From Octopus vulgaris (taxonomy: Eukaryota): a DNA stretch of 64,000 nt. Within the stretch, counting starts at the first letter, position 1. Every line of letters starts with the position of its first letter. The stretch spans positions 372,001 through 436,000 of the forward strand of contig OX597835.1 of the NCBI GenBank assembly GCA_951406725.2, given 5' to 3'. Shown in pieces: positions 40,878 through 55,340 of the stretch. The position numbers and the translations under genes were made by a program. A model generated the notes under the pieces. It had not been told where the DNA came from and made no database searches. It worked only from the letters and a program-made list of their open reading frames with translations.

Positions 40878-43030
40878 CACATAGATAGATAGATACAGAT
40901 ATACACATACTTATATACAAATACATAAACACATGCATGCACAAAACACACACATACACACGCGTGCACACAAAATGATGCTTTCTTCTGAAACAGTCTC
41001 CAATATACTTACGATGGTACTGATGAGGAGCCTGGAAGCGTTTTGCTGCCTATGGGTTTCCACACCATCTGGGCACCTCCTGTGTCCCCTTGACTGCAAC
41101 TTTCTTCTAATTCACACCCTTTTAGGAAATCTTCATATGTGATAAAGCCTGTGCTGGTAGGATCACATCTTGAGAACGAAAACAAAAGAAAAAGAAAACA
41201 AAATGATAATAAACAACTATTTTGGGGATGCGTTAATACCAGAAGTTCCCACTGTATCTCAGCCACCAAAAGTGATTGCCATAGAAACTAGGTTGTAGTA
41301 TAATTCTGCAAAGAGTTACAAAAGCAAAATCTTTCAGTTTTGAAACATTTTATACAATATAGGTTGTAAAATGTTCGTGAATAAGTTATACAATAAAGCA
41401 AGTACATGTATGAACGCCACAATGCAACATTTGTTCCAAACTAAAATTGAGGAATATATTTTCCCCAACAAAAGTACCAAATGCTAATTGTATCCAGTTT
41501 TTGTAATGTCTTTTTTTTATTTAAATTTAAAAAACACAGGAGCCAAAATTAATTGAAAGTAAAAAGTTACCTTCTCAAGTCATAGTGACTCATAAGGGCT
41601 GGTTTCCATGGCATATAAACTCCCTACCTGGATGGGATGCCAGTCCGTCACAAGATTACTCATTTTTGCCAGCTGAGTGGACTGGAGCAATGTGAAATGA
41701 AGTGTTTTACTCAAGAACACAACACATCACTCAGTCCAGGAATTGAAACTACAATCTCACGATTACAAGTCCAACACCCTAACCACTAAGCCACACACCT
41801 CCACAGTCAAATCTAATTGGCACTCAATCACTGTTGGATGCACTCCAGCCTCTGGCCTATAAGTCTACTTTCTTCTCTCTCTGTACCATAGATATTCTGT
41901 CTCCTTGCTGTCCTTTTATCACTAGCAGACACATGCCAGCCTCTGGCCCACAGGGCTGCTGCTTTCTCTCAGTTTTTTCAATCACTACTACAATGATCTC
42001 TGTTACCCAGAGCTGCCTAATATCATGCCCCTGCCACTCCAGTACCCCTGATCTGCTAGTCTTTCCACCTTTTATCACACTTGGTACATCCAAACCATTA
42101 TGCTGTTTTTTCCCCCACCTTCTGGAATCACTTCCCTGCCCATATTTTTCCTGTAGGTGCTGACTTGCAATAATAGTTTAACCCTTTAGTATTCAAATTA
42201 TTCTGTCAAAAATAATACCTATTAATTCATATTGCTTTCAATTAATCAAGCATTATTTTGCTGTGTCGAGATTGTGATGATGTAATTGTTTATTTTTAGA
42301 ATGACATTGCAGGCTTGATGGGAGAGGCCAGATCTAGCCAGTTTGACCATAAAACAGAATTATTTGGCCAGATATGGCTGGTTTAAATGATAAAGGGTTA
42401 AGCACAGCATTATCAGCATCAAGCTCACAAGTCTAGCAGGATCTATGAAGGTCATGGGTAATGCTTTTACCTCCAAACTTAGACTAAAAAGATTTTAAAA
42501 ATCAGACAATAATTAATTTGCCAGAATAAGGCATGATGCTAAAATGTTGAAGAAATATTGGTTTTTCCCTGATATTGTTTTCCCTTTTTAAACATCAATT
42601 TCCTCAGATGAGATGTGTTGTTGACAATATTTCAAATGATCTTTTTTTCGTTTGTCTTCAAGTGCTAACCCTGAGATCCTCAAAGGAACAAAAGGTTGCA
42701 GGCTCGATGCCTGGCCTAGCTCAGAAACATCACCTGCAGATGATTGAAGAAAATACCGATGAACTGAGTGGTGCTGCTATTTGTAAGAGAATGTAGGAAG
42801 AAGTGGTTCCCTGTTTATATATAAAAGTATGGTTTACATAAAAGTTGCAAAGTTGCATGAAAGTAATAAAAGTCTCTCACCGCAGCCAGACCTTCTTTAG
42901 TTCCTCTGAGTTGAGATGAATGTTGAAGCATTTCAGAAGATTCTTCAGAGTGTCCAGTTTCAAAACTTCCTTGTTACTTTCATTAAAAGTCTGAAACATC
43001 TGATTGAAAAAATAAACAGATAACAACAGC

Positions 43031-43064
<34 letters not shown>

Positions 43065-45887
43065 GCAACAGCAGCAGAGTGGTTGACATTGGGTAGGACA
43101 GTGCTGCACTTGAAAAATATCGAAAAAAGGCAACATGGGAGACCATTACAGGTTGATATCCTGTTTGCCAGTTACGTGGAAATTATTGACTGGAATACTT
43201 GTTGAAAAAATCACCAAGTACGTTGAATTGAAAGTTAAAATGGCAAGACTGTATGGAATGCGAGAAGGTAATGTACAAGCGATACCAGTGGTGATCAGAG
43301 CATTGGGCTCAATACCATTGAAGGTCTTGCAAAAAGCAGCCTTATTGGGTACGGCGCACATCTTAAAGAAAGTATTATGTGTCTGAGGTCCTTGTTGTGA
43401 CTTGACAGATGACCAAAGACTCCAGTGCATTTTTACCTACACTGTATTACAAAGGAATAATAATAATAAGAAGAAGAACAACAACAACAATAATAATGGT
43501 TTCAAATTTTGCCACAAGGGCAGCCATTTTGGGGGAAGGGATGTGTTGATTACATTGACCCCAGTGTTGAACTGGTACTGAAAATAATAATTCAAGACAA
43601 TGAAATAGCAAAAAGGATCATCAAAACAGGAAACAATTTGGTGATCCTTTCTTGTTATTACATATATATATATGTACATACTTGTTATTACATACATACA
43701 TATATACATAGAAACATAAATATACATGTAGAAAAATAAATGAAAATAAAGAAAACAAGCATAGAGTTACCTTTACTATCTTTTGAGATTTATTTTGAGA
43801 TTTTTCCGCCAGAACAAGAGGTAGTTGTGAAGCCATGATAGTATTATCTGTTTCAGTTAGTCTTTTGCTCTGAGCAGAGTCAGCAATGGAGAGCTTTTGG
43901 AGGAACTCATTGGCATCAACCATACCATTGTTTTGAGAGATGCCATACTTGCGGAACAAACTGAAAAATTTTAAATGTTAGCAACCAAAATACTGATGAA
44001 ATATCAAATTTAAACTTATCTACTCAGATGTATATTATAAGATTATATTACTGGTAACATGAATTCAATAGTGAGCTTTGCAAATGCACCACAACCAGAA
44101 GTAAATGACAAACAAAAGGACCATTTCTACGAGCTCTTTTTGAGGCCTACCTTGGTAAAAGTTGATATTAATATTCTCATAATGGCTGATAACTTTAATG
44201 GACATGTTGGGCAACACTACAATGGCTATTTCCCATGCACACGGACAAGGGCCCGGGAACAGGGGGTGCAATGGGTGCACCTGCACTCCTTGGAATTTTC
44301 AGGTGGTGCAAGATCAAAATTTGCACCCCCTACATAATTTTACCAGTTTCAGAAAAAAGTATCTAAAAAATTATCTGTATAAGATGCTTGAAGCTAGATT
44401 TCGTTTCAAAGTAAAAACAAAGAACAAAAAAATAAATAAATAAAAGTGATGAAGCTGGGTTTAAAATTCCCAAGGGAATTTATGACTGACCAACTTCTGA
44501 AACAAAGTAGTGTCAAAATAAAAAGTATGTGACAACAACAGCAGTAGCAGCAAACAACAAGAACAACAACATGACCAGCATCTAAGGCTACTCTTCAATA
44601 CATAGTAACATTACTTGGATTCTTGAAGACAACTCTATTCTGACAAAAATAACTCCAAAGTCTTGCAAATGCTATGTGTGAAGGTTCTTGTCCTCTCTCT
44701 ATCTGTCACCTCTCTCAAGTTCTTTGTAGTTGATGTCATTATAGACTGACGACACGGTTGAATGGATTCGACTGTTTGACCGCAGCCTAAAAATAAAAGC
44801 CCTTTTAAAATTCTTTCAGTCATATTGGGTTTTCCCATTTAGGTTGTTAGGTCCAAAATTTGACAAGGGAACAAAATGTTTTATTTTTATCTTTGATATT
44901 TAATGCTCATTGTTAAATGCTTTGACATTTATTGCTCATTTGAAATACTAGTCCAGTTTAATAAAAAAAAATTTTTAAATGATTTTGAAAGGAAACATTT
45001 AACTATAAATGATTGCAGACCAGCCCTGAAATTACCTAATTTGCAAAGAAATGTATTCGACAATTTCAGACTAATCTATATAAAAAGGAAATGATATTAA
45101 AAGCATTACTTACCATCATCCTGATGCAGTTAACCACGAAGATCACTTCAGAGGTGCTTTTTTTTCACTCATAAGTCTAACCCTAGCTGAGGCCAGCACA
45201 CGGGCTAATATGCTTTTAACAGGGGTCTTTAATTTTACTAATCTTAGCTGGTCCGAGGATTATATCCAGCCTGGAACTAAGCAACTGAAATGGAGGGATA
45301 CAAACCCTTTCCTCGATACAACAAAAGACTTTTCTATACAACAAACCATTACCCGTCCAATTAGGGGAAAATAACATACTCAACTTTGTCTTTATTCACA
45401 ATGTTCAGGTCATTCCCACAGCAAATTTAGTCGAAAACTTCCTGGAAAGTTCCAAGGATTTTCTAACTTCCTGGGAAGTTCCGAGGATTTTCTAACTTTC
45501 TGGAAATTTGGCCGAAAACTTCCTGGAAAGCTCCAAGGGTTTTCTAACTTCCTGGAAATTTGGTCGAAAACTTCCTAGAAAGTTCCGATGGTTTCACGGA
45601 AAGTTCCGAGGATTTTCTACCTTCCTGGAAATTTGGTAGAAAACTTCCTGGAAAGTTCCAAGGATTTAATAAAAATAATTCCGAGGATGAGAATTCCTGA
45701 AAGATTCTGATGAGAGATTTCCTGGAAAGTTCCGAGGATGAGAATCCCTGGAAAATTGCAACATATAACAATGATTAAGTAATGATTACTTAATCATCGA
45801 TATATGTTTTGTCTTTCTATATGTGATTTTCTAGATGGTATAATTTAATTTTTCATTATTGAATTGATGAAAGGTGTTTTTTTTTAA

Positions 45888-45932
<45 letters not shown>

Positions 45933-46941
45933 GGCAATGTGACTGTGTGTATATTATAGAAACGTGTATATAAATAGTAATGTTGAATAAAAAAAAAACA
46001 AAGTAAAGAAAAGAGGATAAAGGAGCTTTGTGTAGCAGTGCTAGTGATAACCTCTTTAGTGTCAATAGTATGATAAAATGTACAGAGTCTATGTTGGAAT
46101 ATTGTGAAACCTGTCTAAATACTCGTAGCTTGAAGCGAAATGGACTCAAAATTATGATGTTGGTATTTACATGTTAAAAACACACACACACACACACATT
46201 TACATATTTTCACATGTGCATGAGTATGGTGTGTGTGTAAACCCACAGACACCATACACAGACACACATGCACATATAAACTGTTGTAGCTGGTTATAAA
46301 CACAGTTAAGTCTAAATATTACATATTACAAATTACTATCTATAGTTATTGAGTTATTGATGACTGATTGCATTCCAAAGCAACCACAATATATCCATTG
46401 ATCAATTCCCTATTGGTAAGCTTGCATTATTCTAAAATATATAATTAATTTGAACAGAGATAGAACTCAACATCCAACTAAATGTTCCTTACTTTTATTC
46501 TAATGTCTAGCAACCTGAACTTAAGTGCCCAGGTTCAGCAGTAAGTTACAAAGAAAATATTTGATGTATCACGGCAGTCAGGTGCCCATGCATTAACATA
46601 AACCATATACAAGAGTCCCCCTTGGTAGACAGTTATGCTTGTATTTGAGAGATAACAAAGATAATTGAGTGTTAACCACTGCTGCTTAAAACATAAATGT
46701 ATTCCAAGCCAACAAACAAACATTAGACATATCTATAGGTGCAGGTGTAGATGAGGGGTTAAGAGACTTGTTTCTCAACATGTGATTTCAGATTCATTTC
46801 TACAGCAGTGTACCTTGGAAAAATTTCTTCCATTTATAGCTCTAGGCCAAACAAACAGATTTGTTAGAAAATGAAAGGTCATTGTATGTGTGTACATATA
46901 TATATATATTTACATAAATATATATATTACATAAATATATA

Positions 46942-46972
<31 letters not shown>

Positions 46973-49567
46973 GTGTGTGTGAAGAAAAAAGGGTAAAGAC
47001 CCCCTTCAGTCATGAATGACCATGGGATTGCACCTACAAAGTTACTTTCTGAGGCACAAGTCTGGACAAGATTGTGTATGAAAGACCAGCAGTCGCCCAT
47101 GCATACCTGCTTCCCTTCTCCACACCACTGATGTTATCCAAGGGAAAGGTAAAAGCTGATACAGCTTGGCACCTGTGACGTCACAACTCATTTCTACAGC
47201 TGAGTGAACTGGAGTAGCATGAAATAAAGTGTTTGCCTCAAGAACCCAACACACAGTCTAGTCCAGGAATCAAACCCACTACTTCATTATTATGAGCTCA
47301 ATGCTCTAACCGCTGAGCGATGTGCCTTCACCATATGTGTGTGTGTGTGCACATATATATGTGTATTAGGGTGGAGCAGAAAATGTAATTTTCGAAATTG
47401 GTAACCAAGAATTGATACTTTGTTGTGAATTAGGGTTAAAAGAAAGGTGTATAAAGAGCTTTTGGGGGTAAATATTTTTTTCAGGCCTCCACAACATGAC
47501 TGAAAAATTTTTAAAGTCACTATTTTGGGTTGAATTTTGGATTTTATGGATTATAAGTCATAACAAAAACATATTTCAACATAGAAGAATGCAAAACAGT
47601 AAATATAGTATCCTTAAGAGGTTGCATATCAAGCTTCAATACAATCGAATAATATCTTGAGGTTGCACATTGACTATAAAGAGACCGGGAGTGTGAACTT
47701 CTCTCCAGTGCCTCTGCAACAGTCGTTGCATGTGGACGTAGGTCATACATGTGTGAAGTTTTCTGCTTTGTACCTTGACTTTAGGTCATAGTATTAAAAT
47801 TAACAATCGTGTTAAATTTAGTGTTGTTTACATTTAGTGATGACTTATAAGCCAATAACGCGTCAGGATATTGAATGCCCAATATTTGGTACTCCATGTG
47901 ATCTTAGCGAGTGAGTTTTGCCAACTTACAAGGACATACTAAACTGTTTGAATGAGAAAAAGAAAAGAATGTAGTTAAGAAAGATCCTTCAATTTAACAA
48001 ATTGTCAAGATTGCAGCAGAAAAGATAACTCTTCTTTGGCAAAAGGTATCCATCCCTTATGCTATGACTGGGTCAGTTAAACCGAAAATCTAAAACTTTT
48101 ATCTAAAGTACCAGGCATTACTAAAATCTGTGAAAATAGAAAAGACGTGCCATTGTTTCAGACAAAGGGTAAAGTGTTTAAGAACAATGCAACAAAAGAT
48201 TTGACATTTCCTGTTGCAAGTGAAACTCCTTTAAAAACTGAAATTATTTTGAATAAACTGGAAATGCTAATTATTTTTATTACCAAAATGTGTCAAGAGT
48301 CAAAAACTAGTTACATGTAATTTTAAGAATTGAATATAGTTCTCTTCAGTCAGAGTTGATGCAGAGTTAAACATTTGTCTTTATTATTACTCAGGTTGTG
48401 AATGACAGTTATAGTTTTTTAACTATAGAAGTAACTGGCCTTTAGCAGCAAGCAACTCCTTTAACCAATGCAGGAAATACCTCTTTCTTTACTACCCACA
48501 AGGGGCTAAACACAGAGAGGACAAACAAGGACAGACAAATGGATTAAGTTGATTATATCGACCCCAGTGCATAACTGGTACTTAATTTATCGACCCCGAA
48601 AGGATGAAAAGCAAAGATGGAATTTGAACTCAGAACGTAACGGCAGACGAAATACGGCTACGCATTTTACCCAGCGTGCTAACGTTTCTGCCAGCTCACC
48701 GCCTTGTAGAAGATACCCTTAACAACTGATCATCCAGTAGTAAATTCATAGCCATAGTCAGAAGCCTTTGTCAAACTGATTCAATGACACTCTTCCTTCA
48801 TAGCAATTGAGCTGTTTATATCCACCCCACTGTTTCTTGTTCTCTTTGTGTATGTATACATACACACACACAAATATAGATATATTTCTATATATAACAC
48901 ACACATATACATACATATATATATATGTATCAATGTGAGTGTGTGTATATAATACACACATGTAATGTATGTACATCTGTGGTATATGTATGTATGTGTG
49001 AGGTGAGTATAGATAAATAAATTGATACTTGCCTCTCACACCTCCTGACTTTGTTTTATATACATACATGTATATAGTTATGCACACACATACACACACA
49101 GAATACTTAGAAAAGTTTCAGCCAGAAATGGCCCTGGCCATGGATAACTTAATAACACCACCTGGAAACATGTGTGGCCATGCGGTAAGACATTTGCTTC
49201 CCAACCACATGGTTCTGGGTTCAGTCCCACTACATGGCATCTTGGACAAATGTCTTCTACTATAGCTTCAGTCTGACCAAAGCCCTGTCAGTGGATTTGG
49301 TAGACAGAAACTGAAAGAAGCCCTTTGTATGTATGTGTGTGTTTTTTGTGTTTCTCCCACCACCACCACCATCATTTGATAATCATTGTTGGTTTGTTTA
49401 CATCCCTGCAACTTATGCAACTTAATGGTTCAGCAAAATAGACTGATAGAATAAGTACCAAGCTTAAAATTAAGAGTGATGGGAGTCAATTCATTTGACT
49501 AATGCTTTAAGGCAGTGCCCCAGCATGGCCACAGTCTAATGACTGAAACAAGTAAAATATAAAAGAT

Positions 49568-49602
<35 letters not shown>

Positions 49603-52600
49603 CGTATACCGTATGTATTCTTCATTATCCATTGAAACAAGGGAACCTTCTTTAAAGGTAATACACAATGCTTAATAACAATGCAGATTATTACATTACA
49701 GCCCTTATTAGATATAACATCTTACCACTCTTTCAACTTCTGACACAAAACACTGCCGCTGAAGCAGCAGCAGCAGATGGTGGTGGTGGTGGTGGTGGGA
49801 TGATGTAACTCTTTACTCTTCTCCAGTTAGAAACTCGCCCCCTTTGTAGAGAGAATTCAGAATTACAATGCCTGTTGACCACTCTCTTTAGCCAGAAACC
49901 CCTAACTTTTCAGGATTACTGCTTCAATATCTAATAATATAAGTAGTACTTAAGTAAGAGTCCAACTTGCCAGAAGATATTATAGTTCTTTCAAGTATTT
50001 CTTCATTGTCTTTCGTCCTGTTTAATAAGCTGGTTGACTGCATTTCAAAATATTCTTGATGTGTCCCCTTGACTGAATCCCACTGGCTAAAGCCTATTTA
50101 AGACTACACAAAGATTACACAAGATATATTCTGAATATTTTTACCAACACAACACCAAAAGATTCCTCTTCAAGTTCTGACTATGTTTTTCTTTCTTGAA
50201 ATCAGTGATGTTAATCTTCAGTTTGAAGCTATCTTGAAAAATCCTAATCCAGCAAAAGGATTAGCACCAAGGCTTATCATAGATAAATACAATATGTTAC
50301 AGGTTCTAATCTTGACCAGCTGAAGACTTATTGTACTCCTAATCCTCATAGTTGCTGCTGGTTATTTTGTTATTTAGATTTCATTTACATTCTCTAAGAA
50401 ACTGTTTGGTGTTCGGGGCCCGAACCATTCACTGTTGTTGCTGTTGTTGTTGCTGCTGTAGCTATTACTGGTGTTTATCACGATGCTTTAACATTGGTGA
50501 TTTCAAGAAAGAAAAACAAGGCCAGAACTACTTCTACTACTACTACTACTACTACTACTGTTGATGATGATGATGACAACGACGATGACCACAATGATGA
50601 CGATGATGACCAACACAACACCAAAAGAGGAATCTTATCAAAAGAAGAATCTTTTGGTGTTGGTAAAAATATTCAAAATGAATCTTGTATAATCTTAATT
50701 AGGTTTTAGCCAATGGGATTCAGTCAATCAGACACATCAAGATTATTTTGGAACACAATCAACCAGTTTGTTAAACAAGACTAAAGACTATGAAGAAATA
50801 CTCAATACAACTATAATATCTTCTAAGTTGTATCTTTACATACGCACACCTTATGTTGCTGAATATCTAAAAGGAAATCCTAAAAAACTGGGGCTTACAA
50901 GCAAAGAAAGTGATCCCTTAAATACTTACCTTTTAGGAATTCTTCCGACAAGGGGATAGTTTCTAACTGAGAAACAAAGTTCTATCTTGGAGTTTCATCT
51001 GCCCCATGCAAGTAGAGGTAGGTTTTATAAAGCCAAATGCACTTTCTGTCACCAACCCTTAACTGTTCCCAAGAAAGGTTATATTGCCTCTGTGGAGGGA
51101 GCCTAGGGACGATCTCTAATTGTGGAGGGAATCTGTGGAAGGGGTAGATACAGGAAAACGTGGGAGGAAGTAGTGAAAAAGGACGTTCAGATACTGGGTC
51201 ACACTGATGATGTGCATGCATGTGTGTATGTGTGTGTGTATACATCTGCTTTTTCTATACAGGCATGAGTTGAATGAGACTTTTTGAAGCCAGATGTACT
51301 TTGTGGAACCAACTTTTTCTTGTTTTCAAGTAAGGTGTTTCTTCCATTGTTTATACAAGACATAAATGTCACCTCTGCCTAAGAGATACGAATAAATACG
51401 AAGACGTTGAGAAAACACGTGAATGCACATGCACACACTTATTACTCGTTCAGACTAACCTTTTAAAATGTGAGTCATTCAAAGGGAAGACCATCGAGTC
51501 CAGAATTTGTTTCAAAGATTTCAGATTTACTTGATTCCGGTTGCCACATTCAGCATCAATTTGACCCAGAAACTTGGTTTGCTGTTCGTTAAGAACATTT
51601 TTCAGAATCTCTTCAGCCTTAAAAAGAAAATTTCAGGATAAATGTAGATAAATCAAAGCTCAATTTATTGAGCATTAACACTTTCGTTAAAATATTTCTC
51701 TATAAATGCACTTCCTTTGTTTAATTTGATTTTGAAACAGAAAATTAAGCTAATGCTCGGAACATAAACCAAATTTTATAATTTTGATCGATTTCAATCA
51801 CTTTAAAATAGGAAGTTTGTACAATCCGTATAATGAATGGGCCAAGGCAGGTTGGATTCAAATAGTTTAAGTTACTTGGTTATTAGACGCATACATTTAT
51901 TCTTTTACTGGCTTCAGTGAGTAAGACAATGTTAATGCTGGGGTGTCCCCTTTAAGGATACTATTGATAGAATCTACCACAGTAGTTTACAGGGATATAT
52001 TTTACCAACCTCAGAAAGACAGAAAGTGCACCAGTGTGTGATTTGAGTTCAGATTGTAATGAGAGGTAAGCAAATTCCAAGAATAACATGGAAAAGTGGT
52101 CATTATGATGATATCCTTTGAGAGGGGGGAGGAGGATGAGAGGAGGTGATCTTGTGCCAGATGAAGAAAGGTTAGAATGTGATAGAGAGACAGAGACAGT
52201 GGAGGCGCGTGGCTTAGTGGTTAGGGTGTTGAACTTATGATCGTAAGGTTGTGGTTTCAATTCCTGGACCGGGCAATGCGTTGTGTTCTTGAGCAAGGCA
52301 GCAAGCTTGCAGAAACATTAGCACGCCAGGTGAAATGCTTAATGGTATTGCGTCTGCCGTTACGTTCTGAGTTCAAATTCCGCTGAGGTCGACTTTGCCT
52401 TTCATCCTTTCGGGGTCGATAAATTAAGTACCAGTTATGCACTGGGGTCAATGTAATCAACTTAATCCCTTTGTCTGTCCTTGTTTGTCCCCTCTATGTT
52501 TAGCTCCTTGAGGGCAATAAAGAAATAATAGAGACAGAAACAGGTGTTTTGCTGCAGAGGAGGTGAGAGAGAGAGAGAGAGTGAAGAAAACAAGGGTGCA

Positions 52601-55303
52601 AGAGAGAGAGCAGGAAAGAGATGGCGGCAAAGTGCCATGGCACACTCACAAGGAATGGGGATCAGAACATAAATGTGATGGTAGAGTAAAGGAGGAAGAG
52701 TTAATTAGATGGTGGCAAGTGCCAGTACATGCCTATTTCTTTATTGCCCACAAGGGGCTAAACACAGAGGGGACAAACAAGGACAGACAAAGGGATTAAG
52801 TCGATTACATTGGCCCTAGTGCGTAACTGGTACTAAAATTATCGACCCCAAAAGGATGAAAGGCAAAGTCAACCTCGGCAGAATTTGAACTCAGATCATA
52901 GCAGCAGACGAAATACAGCTAAGCATTTCGCCCGGCGTGCTAACGTTTCTGCCAGTTCTGGCCACACCAAAAACATACACAACAAGTACAGGACATCACC
53001 AATGAGTAAAAAATATGTAAACACACGAGAGAAAAGTACATGACAAAATACTAAAAGAAGATAACTCCTCATCAGTTGTCGGACTGTTTATTACTCCCTG
53101 TTTCATGCTTTTAGCGACAATATAGGGAAACTTCATAAGACAGCAACATCCAAAAAATTTTTAAACATAAAATTCACGGGGAGTTAGAGCTCTTGTGCTT
53201 ATTGTGTATGTTTTTGGTATTTTGTCCTGTACTTATCATACACAGGATCCACAAAAGCTCAAATTTCACAACTTGCGAAGTAAACACAGCAATGTCACTC
53301 AGCACACTGCCTCATGAAGGTCACTGCTAGCTCTCACTGCACATGTATCTGTGTGTTGTCATCTGTTGGCCCATTTCAGAACTAGTCCAGGAACTTTTTG
53401 ATACCACCTCATACACTGGACTCTCCATACAGTACAGCGAATAGCATTTGTAACACCAGGCACCCTAGAATCTCAACATTGCATATCTTCACCATGTCAT
53501 CATTTTTATATATACACTATTCCTGGCTGGTATGCATTGGACAGGACTTTTTAAGGCAGTGTTTCATAGCAAAATGTTCTTTTAATTACCTCTATGACAT
53601 ACAGAAACTCAATGTAAGCATTGTAAAAACCAAGTAGCACATTGTATGGGTACTTACGGGTCTGTTGCAGGATTACTCATTTTTGCCAGCTGAGTGAGCT
53701 GGAGCAATGTGAAATGAAGTGTTTTGCTCAAGAACACAATGTATCACCAGGTCCAGTAATCGAAACCACAACCTTACAATCATGAGTCCAACACCCCTAA
53801 CCACCAAGCCACACATCTCCACTTATTAATTGACGGTAGCTTTGACAGGTCAAGAATCTAAAGATTACTGATGGGAAAGTTTGTGCTTTATTTATTGTCA
53901 AAATTAATTTTCCTCCACAATTAGTATTTAGTAGCTGATGGATAGCATTGCATTGATTCAAAGAAACAAAATCTCATTTAAAAGAAAGATAATTAATAAA
54001 AATTCTTACACTGCTCCAGAAAGTATCCTTATTCTTGCTTTCAGAAGTTGGAGACGGTGTCTGTTGAAAAGATGGAAAGAGAATATAAAGAAAGAAAACA
54101 ATAAAATCAAAACATTACAAGAAACTGAAAGAAAATCACACATATGCATCAACTGTATGTATTATAAAATGTGTGTGTGTATGTATGCGAGAGAGAGAGA
54201 GAGAGAGAGATATGAAACGAAGTAATAACAAAACCATCACCATCATCATATCATCTACAATCATCATCATCATTTTCCACCACCACCACCATCCTCATCT
54301 TCATCTTTTTCCATCATCATCAGAGAAAGACGAAAGGGCAATGACAATAAACAGGAGGATTAGTACAGGATAAAACAGCCAGATTATGAAAGCTGTTTTA
54401 TGTAATGAAGAATTAGAGAAAGACACTGAAATCTATTGAATAATAAATGAATGCTGGGTGTGATGGAGCAGCATTAGATCTAATCGCTAGAGTGATGAGG
54501 GTATTCGGCTTCGGTCAATGGCAGTGTCAACAAACAAACAACAGATGAATATTCTAAACTTTACCTTCATTGTTGCCATTCCTGTTCTTATCTTCTTGAT
54601 TGCAAATGGTTGGGAGAGAGTGGAGTAGGGGAGGCATAATCAATGAGATCAATGTCAAGATATATTCTTTTATTCTTTTACATGTTTCAGTCATTTGACT
54701 ATAGCCATGCTGGAGCACCACTTTTAGTCAAACAAATCAATCCAAGGACTTTTTTTTAAAAAAGCCTAGCACGTATTCTATAGGTCTCTTTTCCTGAACT
54801 ACTAAGTTACGAGAATGTAAACACACCAACATTGGGGGACAAATACAGACACATAGGCACACACAAAAATACATACATACATACATACATACATACATGC
54901 ATACATATCAAATAAGTAACAGGATATCAGGTATGAATGCAATACGACTGTTTCAGCCAGATCCATTTAATCAAACAATGCCATCTTCAGCTGCAAAAAA
55001 TATGGATTTTCAACAGACAAGACATATTAATATAATTTTTAGCAAATATTTTATCAGAGCTAGATGATGAAAGAATTTCATGTTGCCACTATTGCAGTAG
55101 AAATAATGTAAGAGAAAAGCTTTGGAGTGGCAGGAATTATAAAATAATAAAAACATACAGTACAGTACTCTTTCTACTTCACGGATTTTCCCCTATTGCA
55201 TGGAATGTAACATCCATGAAAGTTGAGGGATTATTGTATACACACACACACACACACACACATGTATATATGCACATACATATAAAAATGTGTGTGTGTA
55301 TGT

Positions 55304-55340
<37 letters not shown>

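Noticed and set aside
44635-44838. Possible extra EFCAB6 exon (acceptor at 44787-44788)
   Set aside because: Its open frame is phase 1-0, but the flanking exons already join 2-2; other frames contain stops.
45425-45760. CRISPR-like palindromic repeat array
   Set aside because: No unique spacers, no cas genes, eukaryotic context.
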